Assembly: GCA_039794085.1 (NCBI GenBank)
Contig: JBDIWC010000003.1
Location: 32,001-96,000, forward strand
Reading direction: 5' to 3'
DNA from: Gemmatimonadales bacterium
GTDB taxonomy: Bacteria; Gemmatimonadota; Gemmatimonadetes; Gemmatimonadales; GWC2-71-9
Length of the DNA stretch: 64,000 bases
Part shown: positions 1 through 18,951 of the stretch, in pieces
Layout of the letters: each line of letters starts with the position of its first letter
Position numbering within the stretch: position 1 is the first letter of the stretch
Translations under genes and position numbers: made by a program
The notes under the pieces: generated by a model
Told to the model about the DNA's origin: nothing
Databases searched by the model: none
The model's input: the letters and a program-made list of their open reading frames with translations, nothing else

Positions 1-38
1 TCATCTTTGGTTCACCTCCCCCCCCCTACCGTCCACCC

Positions 39-803
39 ATGACACGGAGACAAATCCTGGCTGCCACCGAGGGGTCGCTCACCGGGCAGCATGCCGTCGC
101 CATCGCCCGGCGTCTCTCCGCCGACCTGGGGGCCTCCCTGGACGTGCTCCGGGTGGTCCACGGAACCGACTCTCCCGACAGAGATTCCGATGGAACCCAC
201 CTGCGGACGGGGATTCCCGGTATCGAGATCGTCCGGCGGGCGGAGGAGATCGGCGCGGAACTCCTGGTGCTCGGGCGATTTCTCCGCGGCTCGGTCACGC
301 ACCCCCGTCTGGGGCTCACCGCCGACGCGGTGGTTCGGCGCAGTCCGATTCCGTGCCTGTTCATCCCGGAAAACCAGGATCATTTCGCCCGGGTCTTCGC
401 GGCGGTGGACGGGACCGAGAGGGGCCTCAGGGTCCTGGAGGAGGCCCGTCAGGTTTTGAGCTGGACCGACGCGCCCCGGTTGTGTGCGGTGACCGTCGAA
501 CCGCGGCATGGTCCGGAGCCTGTCGCGGGGGTGGCCGTGGTGGCCCCCCCGTCGGCCCGGGAGGCCCGGGTGCGGAGCTGGATGCACCATCATCGGGGCA
601 ACGGTGAGGTGGCGCGGGTGGATCTGGTGGTGCTCTCGGGGGATCCGGTCTCCAGCATCCTTCATGAGATCACGCATCCTGAGGATACTCTTCTGGTGGT
701 GGGGAATCACCGGGGCGGTCCCGCCGGGGTCGTGACGTCCACCGGTGTCGGGCGGGCCCTGCTCTATACCGCACCGTGTGCGGTGCTGACAGTTCCCCTC
801 TGA
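39..803 (+). CDS. Universal stress protein, tandem USP domains
   Basis: ILAAT N-terminus, AELLVLG..., LGLTADAVVRRSPIPCLFIP, second domain VFAAVDG...LLVVGNH...GVGRALLYTAPCAVLTVP. Confidence 0.85.
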   Translation: MTRRQILAATEGSLTGQHAVAIARRLSADLGASLDVLRVVHGTDSPDRDSDGTHLRTGIPGIEIVRRAEEIGAELLVLGRFLRGSVTHPRLGLTADAVVRRSPIPCLFIPENQDHFARVFAAVDGTERGLRVLEEARQVLSWTDAPRLCAVTVEPRHGPEPVAGVAVVAPPSAREARVRSWMHHHRGNGEVARVDLVVLSGDPVSSILHEITHPEDTLLVVGNHRGGPAGVVTSTGVGRALLYTAPCAVLTVPL

Positions 804-819
804 CTCGGTGGGGGTACCC

Positions 820-1017
820 ATGAAGAACAATGTCGGCAGGATCGACCGGATTGTCCGGCTGGCCGGGGGGATCATGCTGCTCGGCCTGTATGGAGCACTC
901 GACCCGCCCTGGAAATACGCCACCCTCCTCGGGCTGGTTCTGGTGGGAACGGCGCTCTCGGGTACCTGTCCCCTGTACCAGATTTTCGGCATCAGCACCT
1001 GCGGCCGCCGGACCTGA
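820..1017 (+). CDS. DUF2892/YgaP-like small membrane protein
   Basis: MKNNVGRIDRIVR...two hydrophobic helices...GTCPLYQIFGISTC signature; ATG at 820. Confidence 0.85.
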   Translation: MKNNVGRIDRIVRLAGGIMLLGLYGALDPPWKYATLLGLVLVGTALSGTCPLYQIFGISTCGRRT

Positions 1018-1048
1018 TCGTCCGCGCCCGGCGGGTTGGCGGGGCGGG

Positions 1049-1447
1049 TCACCGTGCCTGGGCCAGAACCCGGGCGGCATCGCTGCGCGAGATGACCCCG
1101 AGGAGTTCGCCATCGAGCACGACGAAGAGCCGGTGCACGTCGGCGTAGAGCATCTGGCGCGCCGCCTCCTTGACCGTCTCCCCGGGATCGATGGTGAGAG
1201 GGTCGGGTGTCATCAGATCGGACACCGCTGTATCGCGAAAGAGCACCTCCCGCCCCTCTGAGCTGTCGTGTTCGGCCTCCGCCACGAGAAGGTCGGTGGC
1301 CGAGATCGCTCCGATCATCGTACCATGCCGGTTGACGACGGGAGCACCACTCACGTGGGCATCCGCCAGGATGGCGACCACCTCGCCGACGGTGGCGTCC
1401 TCCCACACGGTCACAACGTCCTTCTGCATCACATCGGCGACACGCAT
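1049..1447 (-). CDS. CBS domain pair protein
   Basis: MRVADVMQKDVVTV...VSGAPVV...GAISATDL; VSDLMTPDPLTI...VHRLFVV...LLGVISRSD; GGAGGA RBS before ATG at 1447. Confidence 0.9.
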   Translation of the reverse strand: MRVADVMQKDVVTVWEDATVGEVVAILADAHVSGAPVVNRHGTMIGAISATDLLVAEAEHDSSEGREVLFRDTAVSDLMTPDPLTIDPGETVKEAARQMLYADVHRLFVVLDGELLGVISRSDAARVLAQAR

Positions 1448-1544
1448 GGCTCCTCCGGGGTGACAGTCCAGGGGCAGTGAAAGTCCCACCGCATCCATGG
1501 TACCCCGTGCGCGATGAAGGAGGGGTGAAGGGATCGTGAAGTCC

Positions 1545-1772
1545 ATGAAGAAAGCCCCGGGTTTCCATTGGGAGAACCTCGACGTCTCTCTCGATGGGGA
1601 ATTCCTCACGCTGTCGGGGAACCGCGAGACTCCGGGCCGTTTTGCCCGCACGGTGCGCCTCCCCGGCGGGGTGGATCCGGCCCGGGTGGATGCGCGGTAT
1701 CAGGACGGCGTCCTCACCGTCGCGCTGGCGAAGTCGACCCCGGCGACCACGACCCGGATTTCCATCAACTGA
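1545..1772 (+). CDS. Minimal or truncated Hsp20/alpha-crystallin domain protein (possible pseudogene)
   Basis: ENLDVSLDGEFLTLSG, FARTVRLPGGVD, ARYQDGVLTVALAK and terminal I-x-I (RISIN); only 75 aa with no N-terminal region. Confidence 0.65.
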   Translation: MKKAPGFHWENLDVSLDGEFLTLSGNRETPGRFARTVRLPGGVDPARVDARYQDGVLTVALAKSTPATTTRISIN

Positions 1773-1780
1773 GAGAGGGC

Positions 1781-1838
1781 GGGGTCAGGTCTTGTTTCGT
1801 GCATGGCCGAGACGATGCACAACGCAAGACCTGACCCC
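1781..1838. repeat. REP-like palindrome with 14-bp perfect inverted repeat
   Basis: GGGGTCAGGTCTTG (1781-1794) and CAAGACCTGACCCC (1825-1838), inner GTGCAT/ATGCAC pairing. Confidence 0.75.
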
Positions 1839-1984
1839 TAGGGTGACCCCAGGGTTTGACCCCGGCGTCCTCAGGGTATCCGGGACTTCCGGCCGCCGTT
1901 GACGCCCACGCCGGCCCGGCAGTAGGTTGACCCTCGCCGAGCCCTCTTCCGGAGCAGGACGTGGTCCACATTTCCCTGACATCT

Positions 1985-2872
1985 ATGGCCCCGCAGGTCC
2001 TGCAGGAGGTGGCCGACGCGCTCCGGCTCGACCTGGAAACCATCCTCCCCAAAGTCCTGCAGGTCCTGGTCATCTGGGTCCTTGCCTGGGTGGGACAGCG
2101 GGTCGTCACGGTTGTGGCTCGGCGGATCGTGGCCGCCGTCGACGATGGCGACGATTCGGTGTTGAGTGCCCGCGAACAGAGGGGCCGGACCATTGCGCAG
2201 CTGCTCCGCAGCGTCGGGTGGATCGTCATCCTGGTGACCGCCCTCCTGCTGACCGCCAACGTATTCATCGACATCACGCCGCTCCTGGCGGGAGCCGGCA
2301 TTCTCGGGCTCGCCGTTTCGTTCGGGGCCCAGAGCCTGGTCAAGGACGTCATTGCCGGCTTCTTCATTCTCCTCGAGAACACGATCGCCGTCGGCGATGT
2401 GGTGGAGATCGCCGGGGTGGCGGGAGGCGTGGAACGGATGACCATGCGCGTGGTGGTTCTCCGGGACCTGCACGGGGTGGTGCACACGATTCCGAATGGC
2501 CAGATCGGTGTCGTGAGCAACCGGACCCGGGGCTGGTCCCGTGCGGTGATCGAGATCGGGGTGGCGTACCAGAGCGATCTGGACCGCGTCCTGGAGGTCT
2601 TCCGGGACGAGGCCCGCCGGTTCGCCGAGAATCCCGCCTGGCGGGATCGCCTGGACGGAGAGCCCGAGGTGGCCGGGGTCGAGAGCCTGGCCGACAGCGC
2701 GGTGGTGATTCGCACCCTGATCCGGACCCTCCCGGGCAAACAGTGGGAGGCGGCCCGCGATTTCCGGCGGCGGATGAAGAACCGGCTCGATCAGGAGGGG
2801 ATCGAGATCCCCTTCCCCCAGCGGACCGTGCGCGTCCTCCATTCCGATCGTCCCGCCCCGGACCCCGCATGA
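1985..2872 (+). CDS. mscS: Small-conductance mechanosensitive channel (MscS family)
   Basis: LLAGAGILGLAVSFGAQSLVKDVIAGFFIL, VGDVVEI, IPNGQI, GIEIPFPQR; start 1985 or 1961. Confidence 0.9.
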   Translation: MAPQVLQEVADALRLDLETILPKVLQVLVIWVLAWVGQRVVTVVARRIVAAVDDGDDSVLSAREQRGRTIAQLLRSVGWIVILVTALLLTANVFIDITPLLAGAGILGLAVSFGAQSLVKDVIAGFFILLENTIAVGDVVEIAGVAGGVERMTMRVVVLRDLHGVVHTIPNGQIGVVSNRTRGWSRAVIEIGVAYQSDLDRVLEVFRDEARRFAENPAWRDRLDGEPEVAGVESLADSAVVIRTLIRTLPGKQWEAARDFRRRMKNRLDQEGIEIPFPQRTVRVLHSDRPAPDPA

Positions 2873-4380
2873 GTCTCCAGCTCTACAACACCCTGACCCG
2901 GTCGGTCGAACCCTTCCAGCCCGCCTCTCCTCCCCGGGTCACGCTCTACAGTTGCGGACCGACGGTCTGGAACGTGGCACACATCGGAAATTTCCGGACC
3001 TTCCTCCTGGTGGACCTGCTCCGCCGGTGGCTCGAATCCAGCGGGTACGACGTGTTCCACATCATGAACCTGACCGACGTGGACGACAGGATCATGGCGG
3101 AGGCCGGGAAGAGAAACATCACGATAGGTGATTTCACGGAACCCTTCGTGCAGGCGTTCGTGGAGGACCGGGATTGGCTCCGGATCCGCCCGGCGCACAG
3201 CGAGCCCCGCGCCACCGCGTTCATCCCCGCCATGATCCGCCTGGTCTCCGGGCTGCTGGAGCGCGGGGTGGCGTATCGGGCGGAGGATGGGTCCGTCTAC
3301 TTTTCCATCGCCCGGTTTCCGGCCTATGGACGCCTGGTCCGGCTCGACCCCGAGTCCCTGCGCACGGGCGGAAGCGAGCGGGCCCTGGCCGATGACGACG
3401 CCAAGGAATCCGCCCGGGACTTCGTGCTGTGGAAGGCCGTCCGCCCGGAGGACGAGGCGGTGGGAGCAGCGTGGGATGCCCCCTTCGGCCGCGGCAGGCC
3501 CGGATGGCATCTCGAGTGCTCGGCCATGGCGCTGGATATCGTGGGGGAACGATTCGGGGTGACGGAACTCGACATCCACGCCGGAGGGGTGGATCTGATC
3601 TTCCCTCACCATGAGGACGAGATCGCCCAGGCGTGCGCCTGGACCGGCCAGGACCTCTTTGCGCGGTACTGGGTGCATGGTGAGTTCCTGAACGTGCGCG
3701 GCGAGAAGATGTCGAAGCGGTTTGGCAACACCACCACGGTCCGGGACCTCCGGGAGGATGGCTGGGGCCCCGCGGAGATCCGTTACCTGATGACCCAGGC
3801 GCATTACCGCCAGAAGCTCGACCTGACCGACGATGCCCTCTCCGCCGCCCGCGCCGCCACCCACCGGCTCGGGGATTTCACCATCCGCCTGCGGGACGCT
3901 CCCGACGGCGCCGCCCCGGAACTTCATTCGGCCGCGGGGAGGCTCCGGGAGGCGGTTCAGGTGGCCATGGATGACGACCTGGACGCCCCTCGGGCGATGG
4001 GGGCGGTGTTCGAATTTCTGCGGGAAGCGAATCGGCTCCTCGATGCGGGCTCTCCGGTGGACGCGGAGGCCCGGGCCGTGTGGACCGGTACCATGGCGCT
4101 CTTCGACGTCCTTCCTGGTGCGTCGGGCACGGCGGATGTGCGCTTGGCACTGAACGCCCGGGTGGCTGCGACGGGCGCGGAGGTGTCCTTCACGGAGGAT
4201 GTCCCGGAGGACCCGGCGCAGCTCGTGTCCTGGGCGGAGCATTGGGGCTACCGCCGCCTCAAGGCCAAGGGGGCACGGAATTACGGGGAGGCGGACCGGA
4301 TTCGGGATCTGCTGCGGGAGGCGGGATTCGAGATCCGGGATCGGAAGGATGGTCAGGTGGAGCTGGTCAGACGATCCTGA
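2869..4380 (+). CDS. cysS: Cysteine--tRNA ligase
   Basis: LQLYNTLTR, CGPTV, HIGN, DFVLWK, GRPGWHLECSAM, DLIFPHHEDE, KMSKR; ATGA overlap with mscS. Confidence 0.97.
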   Translation: MSLQLYNTLTRSVEPFQPASPPRVTLYSCGPTVWNVAHIGNFRTFLLVDLLRRWLESSGYDVFHIMNLTDVDDRIMAEAGKRNITIGDFTEPFVQAFVEDRDWLRIRPAHSEPRATAFIPAMIRLVSGLLERGVAYRAEDGSVYFSIARFPAYGRLVRLDPESLRTGGSERALADDDAKESARDFVLWKAVRPEDEAVGAAWDAPFGRGRPGWHLECSAMALDIVGERFGVTELDIHAGGVDLIFPHHEDEIAQACAWTGQDLFARYWVHGEFLNVRGEKMSKRFGNTTTVRDLREDGWGPAEIRYLMTQAHYRQKLDLTDDALSAARAATHRLGDFTIRLRDAPDGAAPELHSAAGRLREAVQVAMDDDLDAPRAMGAVFEFLREANRLLDAGSPVDAEARAVWTGTMALFDVLPGASGTADVRLALNARVAATGAEVSFTEDVPEDPAQLVSWAEHWGYRRLKAKGARNYGEADRIRDLLREAGFEIRDRKDGQVELVRRS

Positions 4381-4499
4381 TCCCTTCGAGGTTCCTCCGC
4401 TGATTGTATCAGTGATGAGATGTGCTTCGTCCGGTGCGACTGCTCGATCTGGAGAGGGGATTGGGACCAGGCGCCCCGGGGTACGGTAAGTGGCACCCG

Positions 4500-4528
4500 T
4501 TGACGCACGTGCCAGACCCCCGTATAAT
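4500..4528 (+). promoter_or_regulatory. Consensus sigma-70 promoter of the tRNA-tuf operon
   Basis: TTGACG (4500-4505), 17-bp spacer, TATAAT (4523-4528), about 40 bp upstream of tRNA-Thr. Confidence 0.85.
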
Positions 4529-4546
4529 GTGGGTCTGTCTTTTTTT
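4513..4546 (+). terminator. Putative intrinsic terminator overlapping the -10 box
   Basis: Stem CAGACCC (4513-4519)/GGGTCTG (4531-4537) followed by TC and seven T. Confidence 0.55.
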
Positions 4547-4565
4547 GGGGGTATGTGTCAGACGC

Positions 4566-4642
4566 GCTGACGTAGCTCAATATGGTAGAGCAGCTGATTT
4601 GTAATCAGCAGGTTAAGGGTTCGAGTCCCTTCGTCAGCTCCA
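4566..4642 (+). tRNA. tRNA-Thr(UGU)
   Basis: Cloverleaf GCTGACG...CGTCAGC, anticodon arm GCTGA-TT TGT AA-TCAGC, GGTTCGAGTCC, encoded CCA. Confidence 0.97.
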
Positions 4643-4680
4643 GTGGGTCGAATCATGGTGGGATGGGTGACGGTGCACAA

Positions 4681-4764
4681 GGTGGGGTGACCGAGTGGCT
4701 AATGGTAGCAGACTGTAAATCTGCCGGGCTCTGCCCTACGTAGGTTCGAATCCTACCCCCACCA
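4681..4764 (+). tRNA. tRNA-Tyr(GUA)
   Basis: GGTGGGG...CCCCACC-A, GCAGA-CT GTA AA-TCTGC, long variable arm; CCA not encoded. Confidence 0.96.
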
Positions 4765-4831
4765 CTCAGGGCGAACTGGCCGGGGGTCGATGGCGTGTGA
4801 CCGGGTCGGCGCCGGCGGGAAAAAAACGGGC

Positions 4832-4904
4832 GCGGGTGTAGCTCAGTTGGTAGAGCATCAGCCTTCCAAGCTGAGGGTCGCGGGTTCGAGTCCCGTCGCC
4901 CGCT
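4832..4904 (+). tRNA. tRNA-Gly(UCC)
   Basis: GCGGGTG...CGCCCGC-T, TCAGC-CT TCC AA-GCTGA; CCA not encoded. Confidence 0.96.
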
Positions 4905-4919
4905 CTGGGGTACGGTTCG

Positions 4920-4992
4920 GCTCGTGTAGCTCAGTTGGTAGAGCACATCCTTGGTAAGGATGAGGTCACCGGTTCGATCCCGGTCGCGAGCT
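4920..4992 (+). tRNA. tRNA-Thr(GGU)
   Basis: GCTCGTG...CGCGAGC-T, CATCC-TT GGT AA-GGATG; CCA not encoded. Confidence 0.96.
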
Positions 4993-5096
4993 CTGACATG
5001 ATGTACTGGAGATCCCGTCGCCGGCGGGATCCGCGTCTCCACCACGCCGGGTGGACACCGCGACGTTCACGCCTCGACCATGAGGAAACGAGCACG

Positions 5097-6299
<1,203 letters not shown>

Positions 6300-6326
6300 T
6301 CCGGTCCGACTGGAGAGGGGCGTTCC

Positions 6327-6479
6327 ATGCCGCGCGACAAGATCATCCTGGAGTGCACCGACTGCAAGAGCCGGAACTACTTCACGGACAAGAACAAGCG
6401 ACTGCATCCGGAGCGGGTGGAGTGGAAGAAATTCTGCCCCCGCTGCAACCGGCATTTGCCGCACAAGGAGTCGAAGTAG
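6327..6479 (+). CDS. rpmG: 50S ribosomal protein L33 (Zn-ribbon type)
   Basis: Not in ORF track; manual translation [50 protein letters not shown]. Confidence 0.95.
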   Translation: MPRDKIILECTDCKSRNYFTDKNKRLHPERVEWKKFCPRCNRHLPHKESK

Positions 6480-6481
6480 CC

Positions 6482-6724
6482 ATGGCCGAGATCGAATCGG
6501 CCCCGCCCTCCGGCGGTGTGGCGGGCGCTCTGGTGGGTACCCGGAACTTTCTCGTGGCCGCCCAGGCGGAAATGAAGAAGGTCACCTGGCCCACCCGGGA
6601 CGAGCTGGTCAAGGCGACCCGGATGATCGTGATCTTCTCGGTGGCCCTGGGCATCACGATCGGCCTGGTGGACCTGGTGCTGCAGTTGATCTTCGTCACC
6701 GGCATCGCGTCCCTGGCCCGGTGA
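6482..6724 (+). CDS. secE: Preprotein translocase subunit SecE
   Basis: EMKKVTWPTRDEL followed by one TM helix; lies between rpmG and nusG. Confidence 0.95.
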   Translation: MAEIESAPPSGGVAGALVGTRNFLVAAQAEMKKVTWPTRDELVKATRMIVIFSVALGITIGLVDLVLQLIFVTGIASLAR

Positions 6725-6728
6725 GACG

Positions 6729-7271
6729 ATGGAGTATCGCTGGTACGCCATCCAGACCACGTCCGGGCATGAGAACAAGGTGAAGGCCCTGTTGCTGAAG
6801 CGGATCGCCGAAGACCCGCGGGCCCCGGAGGAGAAGCTGGTGCGTCAGGCCCTGGTCCCGACCCAGACATCGGTCGAGATCAAGGCGGGCAAGAAGGTGG
6901 AGGTGGAGCGCAAGCTCTACCCCGGGTACGTGCTCATCGAATCCGGGATGAGCCAGGAAGCCCAGCATCTGGTCAACAGCGTGCAGGGCGTGATCAAGTT
7001 CGTGGGGACCGGCCGGCTCCCGCAGCCCCTCCGGCCCGACGAGGTCAACCGGCTGCTCGGCGTGGTCGAGGAGTCGGCGGAGGCCGGCCCGAAGGAGGAG
7101 ATCCCGTTCCTGGTCGGTCAGGCGGTGGAGATCACCGAAGGGCCGTTCTCCGATTTCAACGGAACGGTCGAGGAAGTGGTGCCGGACAAGGGGAAGGTGA
7201 AAGTCTCGGTGAGCCTCTTCGGACGGCCCACCACCGTGGAGCTGGATTATCTCCAACTCCGGGGACACTGA
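6729..7271 (+). CDS. nusG: Transcription factor NusG
   Basis: WYAIQTTSGHENKV, LYPGYV, KOW motif EGPFSDFNG, VSLFGRPTTVEL. Confidence 0.98.
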   Translation: MEYRWYAIQTTSGHENKVKALLLKRIAEDPRAPEEKLVRQALVPTQTSVEIKAGKKVEVERKLYPGYVLIESGMSQEAQHLVNSVQGVIKFVGTGRLPQPLRPDEVNRLLGVVEESAEAGPKEEIPFLVGQAVEITEGPFSDFNGTVEEVVPDKGKVKVSVSLFGRPTTVELDYLQLRGH

Positions 7272-7417
7272 GGACGAAAAACTCGAGGTCAGACCCCGCG
7301 TGGGGTCGTGACCCCCGGCCCGAGCCAACCGGCTCGCAGGGCGGGCCCGCGACCGCGCGGGTGATCGCGGCAGACGGCGTCGTCCTGGTGACGGCCCGGA
7401 CACCAGATTGAGGAGAG

Positions 7418-7843
7418 ATGGCAAAAAAGATCATGGCCATGGTCAAGCTCCAGTGTCCCGCTGGAGCGGCCAACCCCGCACCGCCGGTCGGTACCGCTCT
7501 CGGGCCGCACGGCGTGAACATCATGGACTTCTGCAAGCAGTTCAACGCCCGGACCCAGTCCCAATCGGGCATGGTGATCCCGGTGGTGGTGACCATCTAC
7601 GCCGACCGGACCTTCACCTTCATCACCAAGACGCCGCCCGCGGCGAACCTCCTGCTCAAGGAGACGGGGATCGCGAAGGGGAGCGGCGTCCCCAACCGGA
7701 CCAAGATTGGTCAGGTGACCCGAGCCCAGGTCCGGAAGATCGCCGAGATCAAGATGGTGGATCTCAACGCCGCCGACCTCGACGGCGCGATGAAGATGAT
7801 CGCCGGAACCGCGCGGTCGATGGGGATGGAGGTCGTCGACTGA
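7418..7843 (+). CDS. rplK: 50S ribosomal protein L11
   Basis: [30 protein letters not shown]. Confidence 0.99.
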   Translation: MAKKIMAMVKLQCPAGAANPAPPVGTALGPHGVNIMDFCKQFNARTQSQSGMVIPVVVTIYADRTFTFITKTPPAANLLLKETGIAKGSGVPNRTKIGQVTRAQVRKIAEIKMVDLNAADLDGAMKMIAGTARSMGMEVVD

Positions 7844-8532
7844 TGCCGGTCCATGGAAAGAGATTTCAGGCGGCGGCCGGGAAGGTGGACCGCAAGCGGG
7901 ACTACCCGATTTCCGACGCCGTGGCGCTGGTCAAGGCCAATGCCTTTGCCAAGTTCGATGAAACCGTCGACGCCGCCGTCCGTCTGGGTGTGGATCCGCG
8001 GCACGCCGACCAGGTGGTGCGCGGAACCGTGGTGCTGCCGCACGGAACCGGCAAGTCCGTCCGCGTGCTGGTCGTGACCCAGGGTGAGCGCGTGGCCGAG
8101 GCCGAAGCGGCCGGCGCCGATTTTGTCGGCCTGGAGTTTCTCCAGAAGCTCAAGGACGGCTGGCTCGAGTGCGATGTCATCGTGGCGACACCGGACGTGA
8201 TGGGGCAGCTCGGGCAGCTGGGCCGCATCCTCGGTCCCCGCGGACTGATGCCCAACCCGAAGGCGGGCACCGTGACGATGGATGTGGCGCGGGCGGTGAA
8301 GGAAATCAAGGCGGGCAAGATCGAGTTTCGGGTGGACAAGACCGGCAACGTGCATGCGCCAATCGGCAAGGTCTCGTTCAGCACGGAGCAGCTCACGGAG
8401 AATCTCTCCGCGTTCCTCGACACCATCGTGCGCGCCAAGCCCTCGGCGGCCAAGGGCACTTACCTCCGGACCGCCACCATTTCGAGCACGATGGGGCCGG
8501 GCGTCCGGCTTGACACAGCGGGGTACCGATGA
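7843..8532 (+). CDS. rplA: 50S ribosomal protein L1
   Basis: [41 protein letters not shown] overlap. Confidence 0.99.
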   Translation: MPVHGKRFQAAAGKVDRKRDYPISDAVALVKANAFAKFDETVDAAVRLGVDPRHADQVVRGTVVLPHGTGKSVRVLVVTQGERVAEAEAAGADFVGLEFLQKLKDGWLECDVIVATPDVMGQLGQLGRILGPRGLMPNPKAGTVTMDVARAVKEIKAGKIEFRVDKTGNVHAPIGKVSFSTEQLTENLSAFLDTIVRAKPSAAKGTYLRTATISSTMGPGVRLDTAGYR

Positions 8533-9023
8533 GCACTAAGGCCGAACGTCAGGCAACGGTGGACACGCTGGCCGACCGGCTGGACACGTCCCCGAACATC
8601 TACGTCACCGATTTCACCGGCCTGGACGTGGGGAAGATGACCACGCTCCGTCGCCGGTTGCGGGAGGCGGGCGCCGGGTTCGTGGTGGTGAAGAACACCC
8701 TGGCCCGGCGGGCGCTGGCCTCGCGGCAGATCAGCGCGTTCGACGACCAACTGACCGGCCCGGTGGGTCTGGTCCTGGCCGGAACGGATCCGCTCCCGGC
8801 GGCGAAGGTCATCGGCGATTTTGCACGAGAGTTTTCCAAGCCGACGGTGAAGGTCGGCCTGGTGGACGGGAAGGCGGTCGAGGCGGCCTACGTGGCGCGG
8901 CTCGGCACCCTCCCGTCGCGTGAGGTCCTCCTGGCGCAGGTCGCCGGGTCGCTCAACGGCATCCTGTACCAGATGGTCAGCGTCCTCGAGGCGCTTCGCG
9001 AGCAGCGTCAGGCGGAATCTTAA
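8529..9023 (+). CDS. rplJ: 50S ribosomal protein L10
   Basis: [20 protein letters not shown]; operon position. Confidence 0.97.
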   Translation: MSTKAERQATVDTLADRLDTSPNIYVTDFTGLDVGKMTTLRRRLREAGAGFVVVKNTLARRALASRQISAFDDQLTGPVGLVLAGTDPLPAAKVIGDFAREFSKPTVKVGLVDGKAVEAAYVARLGTLPSREVLLAQVAGSLNGILYQMVSVLEALREQRQAES

Positions 9024-9046
9024 CCGTACGGAGAAGGAACACGACG

Positions 9047-9430
9047 ATGGCGAACAGCACACTCAGCAACGACGAGATCCTCGAAGCGATCGGCGGCAAG
9101 ACGGTGGTCGAGCTGGCCGAGCTCATCGATGCCTTCAAGGAAAAGTTCAACGTGACCGTCATGGCGGCGGCGCCCGCGGCTGGCGGGGGCGGAGCCGCTC
9201 CGGCGGCGGTGGAGGAGCAGACCGAGTTTGCGGTCATCCTCAAGGAGGGTGGCGCCAAGAAGATCCAGGTGATCAAGGTGGTGCGGGAGCTGACCAGCCT
9301 GGGTCTGAAGGAGGCCAAGGACCTGGTGGATGGCGCCCCGAAGACGGTGAAGGAAGGCGTCTCCAAGGCCGAGGCGGAAGAGATCAAGAAGAAGCTGGAA
9401 GACCAGGGCGCGGTCGTCGAGCTGAAGTAG
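9047..9430 (+). CDS. rplL: 50S ribosomal protein L7/L12
   Basis: [33 protein letters not shown]. Confidence 0.99.
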   Translation: MANSTLSNDEILEAIGGKTVVELAELIDAFKEKFNVTVMAAAPAAGGGGAAPAAVEEQTEFAVILKEGGAKKIQVIKVVRELTSLGLKEAKDLVDGAPKTVKEGVSKAEAEEIKKKLEDQGAVVELK

Positions 9431-9606
9431 GTCCAGGGAATGCGACCCGGTCATTCGGACCGGGCCGCCCCGGGCCCGACTTCAGTGAGGCGACATGCGA
9501 TTGACGGCGAATCCGACAACCCCTGATGATGGACACGCCCCGCGGCACCCCCGGCATCGGCCGGGTGGTCCGCGCGGGGCCCTTTGTGCTGCCCCGAGAG
9601 TGAGCC

Positions 9607-14079
<4,473 letters not shown>

Positions 14080-14084
14080 CGTCG

Positions 14085-18620
<4,536 letters not shown>

Positions 18621-18663
18621 GTCGTGGGGGGCACGTTCCTGAATGACGGCTGAGGATGGGGGC

Positions 18664-18693
18664 GGGGCACTCCGACGAGGGGTGCCCCGTTTC
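18664..18693 (+). terminator. Putative terminator after rpoC
   Basis: GGGGCAC...GTGCCCC stem followed by GTTT (short U tract). Confidence 0.45.
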
Positions 18694-18951
18694 CGTTCGG
18701 GAGCATCGGGAACCGGGCCGGTGATGTGGCGTACACAGAGTGACCTCCGAAGCCCGGAAGCGATCCGATTCGGATGAATGGGGAGGTCCGGATCGGGATC
18801 GGGGACGTTTCCCCCGGAGCGGCGCTGGTCGCCCGTTTCCTCAACAGAGGCGGACTCTGGCGCGTAAATGCCCTGAGCAGTTGAACTTCAGATGGCCCCG
18901 TGCCGGCGGACGTTCCCTGGCCCGGTTTGACCGCCGTGTCCCTGAGGAACG

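Noticed and set aside
1927..2868. 817-aa ORF suggesting an N-terminally extended CysS
   Set aside because: Extension is an off-frame read of mscS; true start is the ATGA overlap at 2869
4643..5096. Possible integration site at tRNA 3' ends
   Set aside because: No duplicated tRNA end, integrase or foreign-composition block nearby
7269..7285. CTGAGGA-C-GAAA resembling a hammerhead ribozyme core
   Set aside because: No stem II between the motifs, and it overlaps the nusG stop codon
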